Below, piece after piece: positions 15,468 through 25,023 of a DNA stretch of 55,632 nucleotides; the stretch's first letter is position 1; every line of letters begins with the position of its first letter. Source of the DNA: an uncultured Gammaproteobacteria bacterium. GTDB lineage: Bacteria > Patescibacteriota > Patescibacteriia > SG8-24 > DYFX01. The notes beneath the pieces are model-generated. The model had not been told where the DNA came from and did not search any database. It worked only from the letters and a program-made list of their open reading frames with translations. Position numbers and translations under genes: made by a program. The DNA is taken from assembly GCA_964404275.1 (NCBI GenBank), contig CAYOJH010000003.1, forward strand, positions 16,879-72,510, written 5' to 3'.

Positions 15468-18400
15468 ATGTCAAAGCATCCACAGCTCAGCCGGCGCCAG
15501 CTGGCGCGGTTGTATTGGAAAGCGCGGTGGGAAGAAATCTTGCGCGAGCACGTGATTGCTCCCGTCGCGCTGGTTTTGGTGCTCGCCATCGTCTTTCAAG
15601 GCTTTTTCCACCATGTTTCGACCGGCATGGCGGCGACGCAGAACGCCTACCGCTGGCGGAATGATAATGGAACGGAAGCCTCCGCGACCTACGCGGCGGC
15701 GGAAAATGCCTCGCTGAGCGTGGCGACGGATACGCTCAAGCGCCTGCGCTTCGGGCTGGCCGGACCGGTCGGAGCCAGCGTGATCGCCAGCACCGCCAGC
15801 GTCGGCGTCGGCAGCGGTCCCGAACAGGTCGCCATCGCCCCGGGCGGCGCGCGCGCCTACGTCACCAACGATGATGGCACCGTCTCCGTCATCCAGACCT
15901 CGAACAACACCGTGGTCGATACGGTCACCGTCGGCAGCTATCCGGTCGGCGTGGACGTCACCCCGAACGGCGCCGACGTCTACGTCGCCAACTCCAGCGA
16001 CAACACCGTCTCCGTCATCCGGACGTCGGACGATTCCGTCATTGGCACGGTCAGCGTCGGCAGCTATCCCCTGGGCGTGGCCGTCGCTCCGGATGGCGCG
16101 CACGTGTACGTCACGAACGACGGCGGCACGACCGTCTCCGTCATTCAGACGTCGGACAACACCGTCAGCGGCGCGATCACCGTCGGCAGCGGACCCGAAC
16201 GCGTCGCCTTCGCCCCCGATGGCGCGCACGCCTACGTCACCAACGACGACAACACGGTCTCCGTCATCCGCACGTCGGACAATCATGTCGACACGGTCAA
16301 CGTCGGAAGCGCTCCGCTCGGCGTGGCCGTCACGCCCGACGGCACGCACGTCTACGTGACGAACTCCGGCGGCAATACCGTTTCCGTCATCCAAACGTCG
16401 AACAACACGGTCAGCGCGACGATCAACGTCGGCAGGTATCCCGATGCCGTAGCCGTGAGCCCCGACGGTTCTTTGGCCTACGTCACCAGCGGAAACTCGA
16501 ACAACGTCACCGAGATTCGAACGTCGGATAACGCCGTCGTCTATACGGCCACCCTCGGGTCTTACCTGACAGGCATCGCCGTCACCCCCGATGGGGCGCA
16601 CCCCTACGTCGTCAGCGACGGCGACAGTACCGTCCACGTCCTGTCGTTCACGGACGGGACCGACGACACGCCGACGTACGCCATCCATGCCACGATCCAT
16701 GACGCGGGCTTCAGCGGCACCGAAGGCATGGCCATCAGCCCCGACGGCACGCGCGCCTACGTCACCAACTATTACGACGACACCGTCTCCGTCATCCGGA
16801 CATCGGACGACGCCGTCATCGCGACGGTCACCGTCGGCTTCAGTCCGATCGGCATCGCCGTCACCCCCGATGGCGCCCATGTCTACGTTTCCAACCTGGG
16901 CAGCAACACCGTCTCCGTCATCCGGACATCGGATAATTTCGTCACCGCCACGATCGGCGTCGGACATGACCCTGAAGGCTTGGCCATCGCCCCCAACGGC
17001 GCCCGCGCCTACGTCGTCAACGAGAATGATGCCACCGTCTCCGTGATCACGATCCCGGGCAACAGCGTCATCGACACGGTCAGCGTCGGGGACGCCTGGT
17101 TCGACGACACCCAGACCCTCGCCGTCACGCCCGACAGCTCGGAAGTCTACGTCGCCAACGGCTCCGACAACACCGTCTCCGTCATCCGGACGTCGGACGA
17201 TTCCGTCACGCACACGATCAGCGTGAGCGACAGGCCTTTCAGCGTCGCCATCTCGCCAGATGGCGCCCGCGCGTACGTCACCAGCCACTTCTCGAATTAC
17301 GTCTCCGTCATCAGCACGTCGGGGCACAACGTCATCGACACGATCACCGTCGGCACGGGCTCCAATCCCTTCCCCACGGGCCTGGCCGTCACCCCTGACA
17401 GCGGCCACGTCTACGTCAACAACGAGAGCAACAATACCGTTTCCGTCATTCGCACGTCGGATGACACGATGACGGACACGATCGGCGTCGGCCAGAATCC
17501 TGAGGGGATCGCCATCAACGCCGACGGCACCCACGCGTACGTCGCCAATCGCGCCGGCACCTATACCGTCTCCGACATCTCGGTCACCGGCACCACGCAG
17601 CATGCGCGTCTCGAATACGGCGTGAAGACCACGACGTGCGACGTCATCGCCAGCTGGACGCAAGTCGGCGCTCCGGCCGGCGGCGAGGACTGGATTATGG
17701 CGGATTCGACGAACCTGACCGACGGCGCGGCCACGACCGACAGCGCGGGTTTGAGCAACGGCGCGGCGACTTTCAAGGCCGGCGTCGTGAAGGATACGTC
17801 TTCGGAAACGGTCGGCCTCGCGTTCGATTCCACGCACTTCACCGAGCTCGAATACAGCGTCAAAGCCAATACGTCCGATGTCGACGGCACGGCCTATTGT
17901 TTCCGCCTGACCGACGCGGGCGTTCCCACCAGCTATACCTACACCAACTACGCGGAGGCGACGATCGCCGCCGGCGGTGGCGGAGGAGGCGGCGGTGGCG
18001 GAGGCGGGGGCAATCCCACCCCGGCCATCACGCTCGCGACGCCGAACGGCGGCGAGCAGCTTGCGGCGAATGCGACGACGAATATTTTCTGGACGTCGCA
18101 AGGCACGCAAGTCCAGGCGATCCGTTTGTCGTATTCCATTGATGGCGGTTCGACTTGGAACGTCATCACTTCGTCCGGCAACCCTTCGACCGGCGTCTAC
18201 GCCTGGCAGGTTCCCGATCTTTCGGCGCCGTCCGTGCTGATGAAAGCTGAAGCCATGAACGGCGAGACCGTGCTGGCGTCCGACGTCAGCGATCAGGCCT
18301 TCGCGATCACCGGAGGCTCGAACGGCACGAATGGACAGCCTGTCTTGTCGACCGGGACTCCCTCGGGAGAGACGAGCAGCTCCGCGACGTCCACGGCGTC

Positions 18401-20204
18401 GGCAATGACGACGCCGTCCGGTCCGGCGATGCTGGACGTCACGGTGCATCTCGGCGTGAACGTGTCCACTTTGGAATTTCCGGATCAACAACCAACGCCG
18501 CGGCCAGGCGACGATGTGCTGTATCGCGTCGATGTCGTGAATGACGGAGGCGCGGACGCCGATCACGTGCGCGTGGCGGACACGCTCCCGCCCGGCACCG
18601 CCTACGTTCCCTCCTCGCTGTCCATCGACGGCGTGATCCTTTCGGACGCGGACGATGCCGACGACGCTTCGTTCGATCTTCCGACGCGCCAGGCGCGTTT
18701 CGCGCTCAGGATGATGCGCCCCGGCAGCCATCGGTATCTCGGATTCCGCGTCCACGTCTTGGCGGGCGCGAAGACCTTGAAAAATCAGATCACGCTGACG
18801 GCGGACGGCCTGACGACTTCGACGACGGAACAATCCGCGGATGTCGCGCCCGCGTCCTCCACGCCGACGCCGACCGCGCCCGCACCGCGTTCGACGACGC
18901 AGGCTCCGGTTTCGACGGTTCCGACCCAAGCCCCGAACACGCCGACGGAAAACACCACCAATGCGCCCGCACCTGCACCTGCGCCCGCTCCAGCTCCCGA
19001 AGCTGCGCCGCTTCCGCCTCCTGAAACCTCCGGCGGCGGGCCTTCCGGCGAAGCGCCTTCCAGTGAAACGAACGCGGGAGCGCCCGCAAGCGCGAACCCG
19101 GCTGAAACGGCGAGCGCTCCTGAAAACGCCTCGACGCTGACGCCCGGGCAGTGGATCGCCCGTCCGGCGGATCGCGTCGCGGAAACGCCGATCCTCGACG
19201 TCATCTCGGCCTCCTCGAAGAACGTCCCCATCCTCGGCTCCATCGCCGAGGCACTTCGCCACGGCTTGAAAGTCATCCGCGTGAGCCCGGCGGCGCAAAA
19301 GACGAACTTCGTCGTGACGCCGGCCGCTTTCGGCGTCGCCGCCGTCAACACGACGACGGCCGCGGGTTTCGCCGGCTTCGCGCAGTACGCGATGTTCCTG
19401 ATCACGCAACCGATCGCGCTGCTCGATCGGCGCAAGCGCAAAGCCTACGGCACGATCTACAATCTCGGCACCAAGCTGCCAGTCGATCTCGCCACGATCC
19501 GTTTGCTCGACGCGGCGGGGGAAAAGGCCGTGGCCACGCGCGTGACGGACCGCTTCGGCCGCTATCTATTCCTGACGCCCCCGGGCAGCTACACGGTCGA
19601 AATCAAGAAAGCCGGTTTCGCCTTCCCGCCCTACCGCGCCCTGACCGGCGTCGCCGACGGGCCCTACGCCGACCTGTTCGTGGGCGGCGCGATCACGACA
19701 ACGGAAGGTTTCGTCGCCAAGAACATCCCGCTCGAACCGACGGGGGATTTGCGGCCGAACGCGCAGATCTTGTCCGCGGCGAACCGCCTCAGTTTCCAGT
19801 GGGCCGTCGCTTCGATCGGACCCGGACTCGCGCTCGCGAGCTACGCCGTGACCCCGCGCTGGATGCAGCTCATCGCCCTCATGCTCCAAGTCGCGATGAC
19901 CCTCGTCTTCACGCGCCTCAAGGGACGCCGCCGTCCCAAGAGCTGGGGCGTCGTGCGCGACGCGAACGGGCAGCCGGTCAAGCAAGCGATCGTCCGCGTC
20001 GTCGAATCCGCTTACAACAAAGTCCTCGAAGCGCAGGTCACCGACGCCAAAGGCCGCTACGCCTTCTTGGCAGGACAGAACCGCTACTACCTGACGGCCG
20101 AGCGCGCGGGCTATGCGCCCGTGCGCACCGACGTCATCGATTTCACCCAAGCCAAAGAGCCGGCCTTCATCGCCAACGATATTGAACTGAAACCGGCCGC
20201 GTGA
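15468..20204 (+). CDS. Giant surface protein: N-terminal TM, two YVTN beta-propellers, Gly13 linker, Ig-like and DUF11-like domains, Pro/Thr/Ala linker, C-terminal CnaB/carboxypeptidase-regulatory-like domains around TM helices
   Basis: 1578 aa. 14 YVTN repeats. PRPGDDVLYRVDVVNDG (DUF11-like). TDRFGRYLFL and TDAKGRYAFL motifs. Confidence 0.85.
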   Translation: MSKHPQLSRRQLARLYWKARWEEILREHVIAPVALVLVLAIVFQGFFHHVSTGMAATQNAYRWRNDNGTEASATYAAAENASLSVATDTLKRLRFGLAGPVGASVIASTASVGVGSGPEQVAIAPGGARAYVTNDDGTVSVIQTSNNTVVDTVTVGSYPVGVDVTPNGADVYVANSSDNTVSVIRTSDDSVIGTVSVGSYPLGVAVAPDGAHVYVTNDGGTTVSVIQTSDNTVSGAITVGSGPERVAFAPDGAHAYVTNDDNTVSVIRTSDNHVDTVNVGSAPLGVAVTPDGTHVYVTNSGGNTVSVIQTSNNTVSATINVGRYPDAVAVSPDGSLAYVTSGNSNNVTEIRTSDNAVVYTATLGSYLTGIAVTPDGAHPYVVSDGDSTVHVLSFTDGTDDTPTYAIHATIHDAGFSGTEGMAISPDGTRAYVTNYYDDTVSVIRTSDDAVIATVTVGFSPIGIAVTPDGAHVYVSNLGSNTVSVIRTSDNFVTATIGVGHDPEGLAIAPNGARAYVVNENDATVSVITIPGNSVIDTVSVGDAWFDDTQTLAVTPDSSEVYVANGSDNTVSVIRTSDDSVTHTISVSDRPFSVAISPDGARAYVTSHFSNYVSVISTSGHNVIDTITVGTGSNPFPTGLAVTPDSGHVYVNNESNNTVSVIRTSDDTMTDTIGVGQNPEGIAINADGTHAYVANRAGTYTVSDISVTGTTQHARLEYGVKTTTCDVIASWTQVGAPAGGEDWIMADSTNLTDGAATTDSAGLSNGAATFKAGVVKDTSSETVGLAFDSTHFTELEYSVKANTSDVDGTAYCFRLTDAGVPTSYTYTNYAEATIAAGGGGGGGGGGGGGNPTPAITLATPNGGEQLAANATTNIFWTSQGTQVQAIRLSYSIDGGSTWNVITSSGNPSTGVYAWQVPDLSAPSVLMKAEAMNGETVLASDVSDQAFAITGGSNGTNGQPVLSTGTPSGETSSSATSTASAMTTPSGPAMLDVTVHLGVNVSTLEFPDQQPTPRPGDDVLYRVDVVNDGGADADHVRVADTLPPGTAYVPSSLSIDGVILSDADDADDASFDLPTRQARFALRMMRPGSHRYLGFRVHVLAGAKTLKNQITLTADGLTTSTTEQSADVAPASSTPTPTAPAPRSTTQAPVSTVPTQAPNTPTENTTNAPAPAPAPAPAPEAAPLPPPETSGGGPSGEAPSSETNAGAPASANPAETASAPENASTLTPGQWIARPADRVAETPILDVISASSKNVPILGSIAEALRHGLKVIRVSPAAQKTNFVVTPAAFGVAAVNTTTAAGFAGFAQYAMFLITQPIALLDRRKRKAYGTIYNLGTKLPVDLATIRLLDAAGEKAVATRVTDRFGRYLFLTPPGSYTVEIKKAGFAFPPYRALTGVADGPYADLFVGGAITTTEGFVAKNIPLEPTGDLRPNAQILSAANRLSFQWAVASIGPGLALASYAVTPRWMQLIALMLQVAMTLVFTRLKGRRRPKSWGVVRDANGQPVKQAIVRVVESAYNKVLEAQVTDAKGRYAFLAGQNRYYLTAERAGYAPVRTDVIDFTQAKEPAFIANDIELKPAA
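15798..17588 (+). repeat. 14 tandem ~42-aa YVTN repeats (2 x 7 blades)
   Basis: Recurrent VGxxPxGVAVTPDGxxxYVxNxxxNTVSVIRTSD, counted manually. Confidence 0.9.
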
Positions 20205-20210
20205 TAGGCT
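20182..20210 (+). promoter_or_regulatory. Promoter TTGAAC-17-TAGGCT, 7 nt before the glyQS ATG (leaderless-type)
   Basis: Read directly; a TG extension is present. Confidence 0.65.
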
Positions 20211-20217
20211 GCGCCAT

Positions 20218-21540
20218 ATGATCGAGATGGAAAAACTGGTTTCCCTGGCGAAACGGCGCGGCTTCATTTTCCCCGGTTCCGAGATCTACGGCGGCCTGGC
20301 CAACTCATGGGATTACGGTCCGCTCGGCGCCGAACTCAAGAAAAACATCAAGGACGCCTGGTGGAAGCGCTTCGTGACCTCGCGCGACGACATGGTCGGC
20401 ATCGACGCGGCGCTGATCATGAATCCCAAAGTCTGGGAGGCTTCGGGCCACCTCGCGCACTTCACCGATCCGCTGACCGAGTGCACCAGCTGCCACTCGC
20501 GTTTCCGCGCCGACCAGATCGACCTGAAGGCGGCCTGCCCGACCTGCGGCAAGAAAGGCACGTTCACCGAGCCGGCCCAGTTCAACATGATGCTCAAGAC
20601 CTTCCTCGGCGCCAAAGAAGACGCCGCGGCGGTCGTGTATTTCCGCCCCGAAACCGCGCAAGCGATGTTCGCCGACTTCAAGCAGGTCCAGGAAACCAGC
20701 CGCAAGCGCGTGCCCTTCGGCATCGCCCAGGTCGGCAAAGCCTTTCGCAACGAGATCACGCCCGGCAATTTCATCTTCCGCACGCGCGAGTTCGAGCAGA
20801 TGGAAGTCGAATATTTCGTGAACGCATCCGAATGGGAGAAACATTTCGAGTCATGGCTCTCCGAAATGAAAGCCTGGCTCGATTTCTGCGGCGTGAAAAA
20901 GGAACATCTCAATTTCCACGAGATCGAAGACGGCGGGCGCGCGCATTATTCGAAGCGCACCGTCGACGTCGAATACCAGTATCCGTTCGGCTTGAAGGAG
21001 CTTTACGGCCTGGCCTATCGCGGCGACTACGATTTGAAGCAGCATCAGGAAAAGAGCGGCGTCGACCTGCGCTACACCGATCCGGAATCCGGCGAGAAAT
21101 ATCTGCCGCATGTCATCGAGCCCTCGCTCGGCGTCGATCGTACGCTCTTGGTCGTCATGCTCGAGGCCTATCACGAAGAGCAGGCGCGTACCGCCGACGA
21201 AGGGGAGACGGATCTTCGCGTCGTCATGCGTTTCCCGAAAGCGCTGGCGCCCTTCAAGATCGCCATCTTGCCGCTTTCCAAGAAGGAAGAGCTTTCGGTT
21301 CCGGCCCGCGTCTTGGCCGCGCGCCTCCGGCAACGCTGGACGACCGACTACGACGAAACGCAATCGATCGGCAAGCGCTACCGCCGCCAGGACGAGATCG
21401 GCACGCCGTATTGCGTGACGTTCGATTTCGATACGCTGAACGATCACGCCGTCACGGTCCGCGACCGCGATACGATGCAGCAGGAGCGCGTGAAGATCGA
21501 AGAACTCGAAGACGTCCTCGCCGCCAAGCTCGGATTCTGA
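20218..21540 (+). CDS. glyQS: Glycine--tRNA ligase, alpha2 (eukaryote/archaea-like) type
   Basis: RRGFIFPGSEIYGG, YFRPETAQ, FRNEITPGNFIFRTREFEQME, VIEPSLGVDR and IGKRYRRQDEIGTP motifs. Confidence 0.97.
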   Translation: MIEMEKLVSLAKRRGFIFPGSEIYGGLANSWDYGPLGAELKKNIKDAWWKRFVTSRDDMVGIDAALIMNPKVWEASGHLAHFTDPLTECTSCHSRFRADQIDLKAACPTCGKKGTFTEPAQFNMMLKTFLGAKEDAAAVVYFRPETAQAMFADFKQVQETSRKRVPFGIAQVGKAFRNEITPGNFIFRTREFEQMEVEYFVNASEWEKHFESWLSEMKAWLDFCGVKKEHLNFHEIEDGGRAHYSKRTVDVEYQYPFGLKELYGLAYRGDYDLKQHQEKSGVDLRYTDPESGEKYLPHVIEPSLGVDRTLLVVMLEAYHEEQARTADEGETDLRVVMRFPKALAPFKIAILPLSKKEELSVPARVLAARLRQRWTTDYDETQSIGKRYRRQDEIGTPYCVTFDFDTLNDHAVTVRDRDTMQQERVKIEELEDVLAAKLGF

Positions 21541-21541
21541 C

Positions 21542-22822
21542 ATGCCGCTGTACCAGAAGACCACGCTCAAAAACGGCACGCGGGTGATTTTCGTGCCGTC
21601 GCACGACACGCAGGCCGCCACGGTCCTGGTGCTTTTCGAAATCGGCAGCCGCTACGAAACCGCCAAGCTCTCCGGCGCCTCGCATTTCGTCGAACACATG
21701 ATGTTCAAGGGCACCGCGCGGCGCCCGAACACGATGGACATCAGCCGCGATCTCGACGCCGTCGGCGCCGACTACAACGCCTTCACCGGCAAGGATTACA
21801 CCGGCTACTACGTCAAGCTGAACGCCGAGAAGGTCGAGCTGGCCGTCGACATGCTGCACGACATGCTTTTCCATTCGACCTACCGCGCCGACGAGATCGA
21901 GCGCGAGCGCGAGGTCATCAAGGAGGAGATCAACATGTACGAGGACAATCCGATCATGCTGGCCGAGGAGCTTTTGGAAAAACTGGTCTATGAAGGCACC
22001 CTCGCGCGCCCGATCGCCGGCACGCGCGAGACGATGGACGGCCTCGGCCGGGCCGAACTCGTCCGCTGGCGCGATCAGGCCTGCGTGCCTTCGCGCATGG
22101 TCGTGGCCGTGGCCGGCAAGATCGGGCCCCAGGTCGCGGGCCTGCTTGAAAAGACCTTCGGCGCCGTCAAAGAGCCGAAAAAACGGATCAAAACCTACCC
22201 CTCGTCGCGCCTGAGAAGCGGAGGGGCCCGACTTGCGCTACACTATAAGGAGACCGAGCAGGTGCAGTTCGCTCTCGGATTCCCGGGTTTTCCGTACGGC
22301 CACCCGTCGCTCGCGGCCCTCTCCGTGCTTTCAACCGTGCTGGGCGGCGGCATGTCGTCGCGCCTGTTCACCGAGGTGCGCGAACGTCGCGGTTTGGCCT
22401 ACTCGGTCCGCGCGAGCCTGAGCCCGTATCAGGACGTCGGCAACATCACGATCCAGGCCGGCCTGGCCAAGTCCAAGCTCGACGAAGGCCTTTCCGTCAT
22501 CATGAAAGAGCTCGGCAAGGCGGCCACGTCCGGCGTCACGGCCGAAGAGCTCTCGCGCGCCAAGGAATACATCAAGGGCAAGACGGTGCTCGGCCTCGAG
22601 GAGTCGAGCGCCTTGGCCGAATTCTTCGCCAAGCAGGAGCTGCTCCAGAAGAAGATCGATACGCCGGAAGAGCGGCTGGCCCGCATCTCCGCCGTCACGC
22701 GCGAAGGCGTGCGCGAGGTCGCCAATCGGATCTTCCGGACCTCCGCGCTTTCGGCCGCGCTGATCGGGCCGTTCAAGGACCAGGAACGATTTCTGAAGCT
22801 GCTCAAGCTGCCGTCAGCCTGA
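21542..22822 (+). CDS. M16 (pitrilysin-family) zinc peptidase
   Basis: HFVEHMMFKGT (HxxEH), YNAFT, EREVIKEE and SRLFTEVRERRGLAYSV motifs. Confidence 0.92.
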   Translation: MPLYQKTTLKNGTRVIFVPSHDTQAATVLVLFEIGSRYETAKLSGASHFVEHMMFKGTARRPNTMDISRDLDAVGADYNAFTGKDYTGYYVKLNAEKVELAVDMLHDMLFHSTYRADEIEREREVIKEEINMYEDNPIMLAEELLEKLVYEGTLARPIAGTRETMDGLGRAELVRWRDQACVPSRMVVAVAGKIGPQVAGLLEKTFGAVKEPKKRIKTYPSSRLRSGGARLALHYKETEQVQFALGFPGFPYGHPSLAALSVLSTVLGGGMSSRLFTEVRERRGLAYSVRASLSPYQDVGNITIQAGLAKSKLDEGLSVIMKELGKAATSGVTAEELSRAKEYIKGKTVLGLEESSALAEFFAKQELLQKKIDTPEERLARISAVTREGVREVANRIFRTSALSAALIGPFKDQERFLKLLKLPSA

Positions 22823-22827
22823 ACACC

Positions 22828-23556
22828 ATGCGCAAGCTTTTCTTCGCCAACTGGAAAATGTATGTGAGCGACGCGGAAGCGGAAGCGCTCGCGCGTCTCT
22901 ACGCGGAACGTTCTTCCCGCGCGTCAGCCGAAGCGGCCGTCGCTCCGAGTTTTACCGCTCTTGCGCGCGTGGCGGACGTTCTGAAAGGTTCATCCGTGGC
23001 GCTCGGCGCCCAAGACGCCTTTTGGAAGGATGATGGCGCCTTCACCGGAGAAATTTCTCCCAAAAACCTCGCCGCGCTCGGCGCGAAGTTCGTGATCGTC
23101 GGCCATTCGGAGCGCCGCGCGCTCGGAGAGACGGATGATCTCGTCGCGCGCAAAGCCGCCGCCGTCGCCGCGGACGGGATGACGCCCGTCGTGTGCGTCG
23201 GAGAAACGAAAGAAGAACGCGAAGCCGGAAAGCGCGAGGAGATCGTGCGGACGCAACTCGCTGCCGTGCTGGGCGGCTGGACGCCGGAGAAACCGCTCAT
23301 CGTCGCGTATGAACCGCGCTGGGCGATCGGCACCGGCGTGGCCTGCCGGCCCGAAGACGTCGTCGCGATGCACGTCATGATCCGCGCCGCGCTCGCCGAA
23401 CGCGGCCTTTCGGCGCGGCTGCTGTACGGCGGTTCGGTCGACCCCGCCAATCTCCTGTCGTATCTCGATCTTCCCGAGGTCGACGGCGTCTTGGTCGGCG
23501 GCGCCAGCGCGCGCGCGAAGGACGCGGCGGCGATTTTTGATCTCCTGACCCGCTGA
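22828..23556 (+). CDS. tpiA: Triosephosphate isomerase
   Basis: ANWKM, GAFTGEIS, VGHSERR, AYEPRWAIGTG and LYGGSV motifs. Confidence 0.96.
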   Translation: MRKLFFANWKMYVSDAEAEALARLYAERSSRASAEAAVAPSFTALARVADVLKGSSVALGAQDAFWKDDGAFTGEISPKNLAALGAKFVIVGHSERRALGETDDLVARKAAAVAADGMTPVVCVGETKEEREAGKREEIVRTQLAAVLGGWTPEKPLIVAYEPRWAIGTGVACRPEDVVAMHVMIRAALAERGLSARLLYGGSVDPANLLSYLDLPEVDGVLVGGASARAKDAAAIFDLLTR

Positions 23557-23558
23557 GT

Positions 23559-24455
23559 ATGTGGACCGTCATCGGCATCGCCCTGATCGCCGCCGGCATC
23601 GCGCTGATGTACGGCGTCCTCGTCAAGAAATTCCCGCAGCTCAAGCTGATCGATCTCACGACGCTGGCGAAAGAACGCCACGCGGCGGTCAAGCAGCGCA
23701 TCATGAAGGACCGCTTCGATCGTTCGCTCGGCAAGGTGCACGAGCGCACGACCGACGCCGTCGGCAAGGCCTCGGAGCATGTTCGGAACTGGTTCGAGCG
23801 CGCCTACGACGCGTTGAAAGGCATGGAAGCGCGCTTCGAAGGCAAGATCCGCCGTCCGTCGCCCGCGCGCCAAGCGCAGTTGGCGGAACGCGTGCCGGAG
23901 CTCTTGGCGCAGGCCGACGAAGCCGTCCGCGCCGAACGCTTCGACGAAGCCGAAAAGCTCTACATCGAGGCGCTCAAGACCGACGCCAAGAACGTCGAAG
24001 CCTATCGCGGCTTGGCGGAACTGTATCTCGCGCGAAAGCAGTCGGATCAAGCCGCCGAGATTCTGGAGTTCCTGTTGCGCCTCCGCGCCGACGACGACCG
24101 CGCGCTCGGGCGCCTCGGCCAGATCGAAGCCAGCCGCGGAAATTTTCAGGAAGCGGAAACGCGCTATCTGCGCTCGATCGAACTGGCTTCCAACGCCACG
24201 GCCTACCGGGCTGAGCTCGGGCGCGTCTACTTGGCGGAAGGGGAGAGCCTCAAGGCGGTCGAGCAATTCCGCACCGCCCTCCAAGCCGAGCCGCACAACC
24301 CCAAGTACCTTGATTATTTCCTGGAAGCCAGTATACTCGTAGGCGACGCGGATGCGGCGCGCGGCGCCTTGGGAGCCCTGGAAGAAGTCAATCCCGAGAA
24401 CGCAAAGCTCGAGGAATTCCGCGCGCGTATCGACGAGATGAACGGAAAAGCTTGA
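23559..24455 (+). CDS. Membrane-anchored TPR protein
   Basis: N-terminal TM followed by about 4 TPR motifs (AEKLYIEALKTDAKNVEAYRGLAELY). Confidence 0.8.
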   Translation: MWTVIGIALIAAGIALMYGVLVKKFPQLKLIDLTTLAKERHAAVKQRIMKDRFDRSLGKVHERTTDAVGKASEHVRNWFERAYDALKGMEARFEGKIRRPSPARQAQLAERVPELLAQADEAVRAERFDEAEKLYIEALKTDAKNVEAYRGLAELYLARKQSDQAAEILEFLLRLRADDDRALGRLGQIEASRGNFQEAETRYLRSIELASNATAYRAELGRVYLAEGESLKAVEQFRTALQAEPHNPKYLDYFLEASILVGDADAARGALGALEEVNPENAKLEEFRARIDEMNGKA

Positions 24456-24463
24456 AAATCAGC

Positions 24464-24539
24464 GCCGATGTAGCTCAGTTGGCAGAGCGTGTCCTTGGTA
24501 AGGACAAGGTCACCGGTTCAATCCCGGTCATCGGCTCCA
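24464..24539 (+). tRNA. tRNA-Thr(GGT)
   Basis: GCCGATG acceptor stem, TGTCC-TTGGTAA-GGACA anticodon arm, GGTTCAATCC T-arm, encoded CCA. Confidence 0.97.
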
Positions 24540-24540
24540 T

Positions 24541-24627
24541 GGGCAGTTACTCAAGCGGTCAACGAGGGCAGACTGTAAATCTGCTGGCCTTGTGCCTTCC
24601 AAGGTTCGAATCCTTGACTGCCCACCA
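24541..24627 (+). tRNA. tRNA-Tyr(GTA)
   Basis: GGGCAGT acceptor stem, GCAGA-CTGTAAA-TCTGC anticodon arm, long variable arm, encoded CCA. Confidence 0.97.
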
Positions 24628-24702
24628 GGGCCTAGCGCTCCATCTCGCATGGAGCGCTGCGTCCTGAAACCAAAACCCGGCGAGACGAGCGTCAGAGGCC
24701 GG

Positions 24703-24778
24703 GCCACCTTAGCTCAGCTGGTAGAGCACCAGTTTTGTAAACTGGCGGTCCTGGGTTCGATCCCCAGAGGTGGCTCCA
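24703..24778 (+). tRNA. tRNA-Thr(TGT)
   Basis: GCCACCT acceptor stem, CCAGT-TTTGTAA-ACTGG anticodon arm, GGTTCGATCC T-arm, encoded CCA. Confidence 0.97.
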
Positions 24779-24781
24779 CCC

Positions 24782-24810
24782 TTGACGCCGAAACGGTTTC
24801 CGCGTATCCT
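24782..24810 (+). promoter_or_regulatory. rpmG promoter TTGACG-17-TATCCT
   Basis: Read directly from the sequence. Confidence 0.7.
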
Positions 24811-24835
24811 TTCCCCATCATTCACGGCAGTCGCT

Positions 24836-24991
24836 ATGTCTCAGGACAACCTCATCAAGCTCGAGTGCACCGAGTGCAAGCGGGTCAATTACCACTCCCA
24901 CAAGAACAAGAAGAAGCTGAAGGCTCGCATCGAGCTCAGCAAGTTCTGCGATTGGTGCAAGAAGCACACGCCGCACAAGGAGACCAAATAA
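24836..24991 (+). CDS. rpmG: 50S ribosomal protein L33 (Zn-binding C+ form)
   Basis: [13 protein letters not shown]...[20 protein letters not shown]. Confidence 0.95.
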   Translation: MSQDNLIKLECTECKRVNYHSHKNKKKLKARIELSKFCDWCKKHTPHKETK

Positions 24992-25023
24992 AAATCGCCC
25001 CGGAAGGGGCGGTTTTTGTTTTT
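24991..25023. terminator. Bidirectional terminator between rpmG and the oxidoreductase
   Basis: AAA-ATCGCCCC-GGAA-GGGGCGGT-TTTTGTTTTT. Confidence 0.8.

Noticed and set aside
15798-17588. Regular DNA-level repeats (accgtctccgtcatccggac-like) as a CRISPR array or mobile repeat
   Set aside because: They are the in-frame coding YVTN repeats with synonymous variation. No cas genes are present.
15471-19409. 1312-aa antisense ORF, and similar long shadow ORFs such as 584..2176+, 3103..4668-, 7176..9191-, 24592..26910+, 35048..37645-, 48946..50613- and 51610..53289-
   Set aside because: They lie opposite well-supported genes, are Arg/Gly/Ala-rich with no motifs, and are expected in GC-rich DNA where stops are scarce.
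24452-24667. Short ORFs over the tRNA genes (also 27469..27870+ and 48691..49212+)
   Set aside because: They are translations of tRNA sequence.
24628-24702. tRNA-sized spacer as a tRNA-Gly remnant
   Set aside because: No cloverleaf, T-loop or anticodon arm; only two unrelated hairpins.
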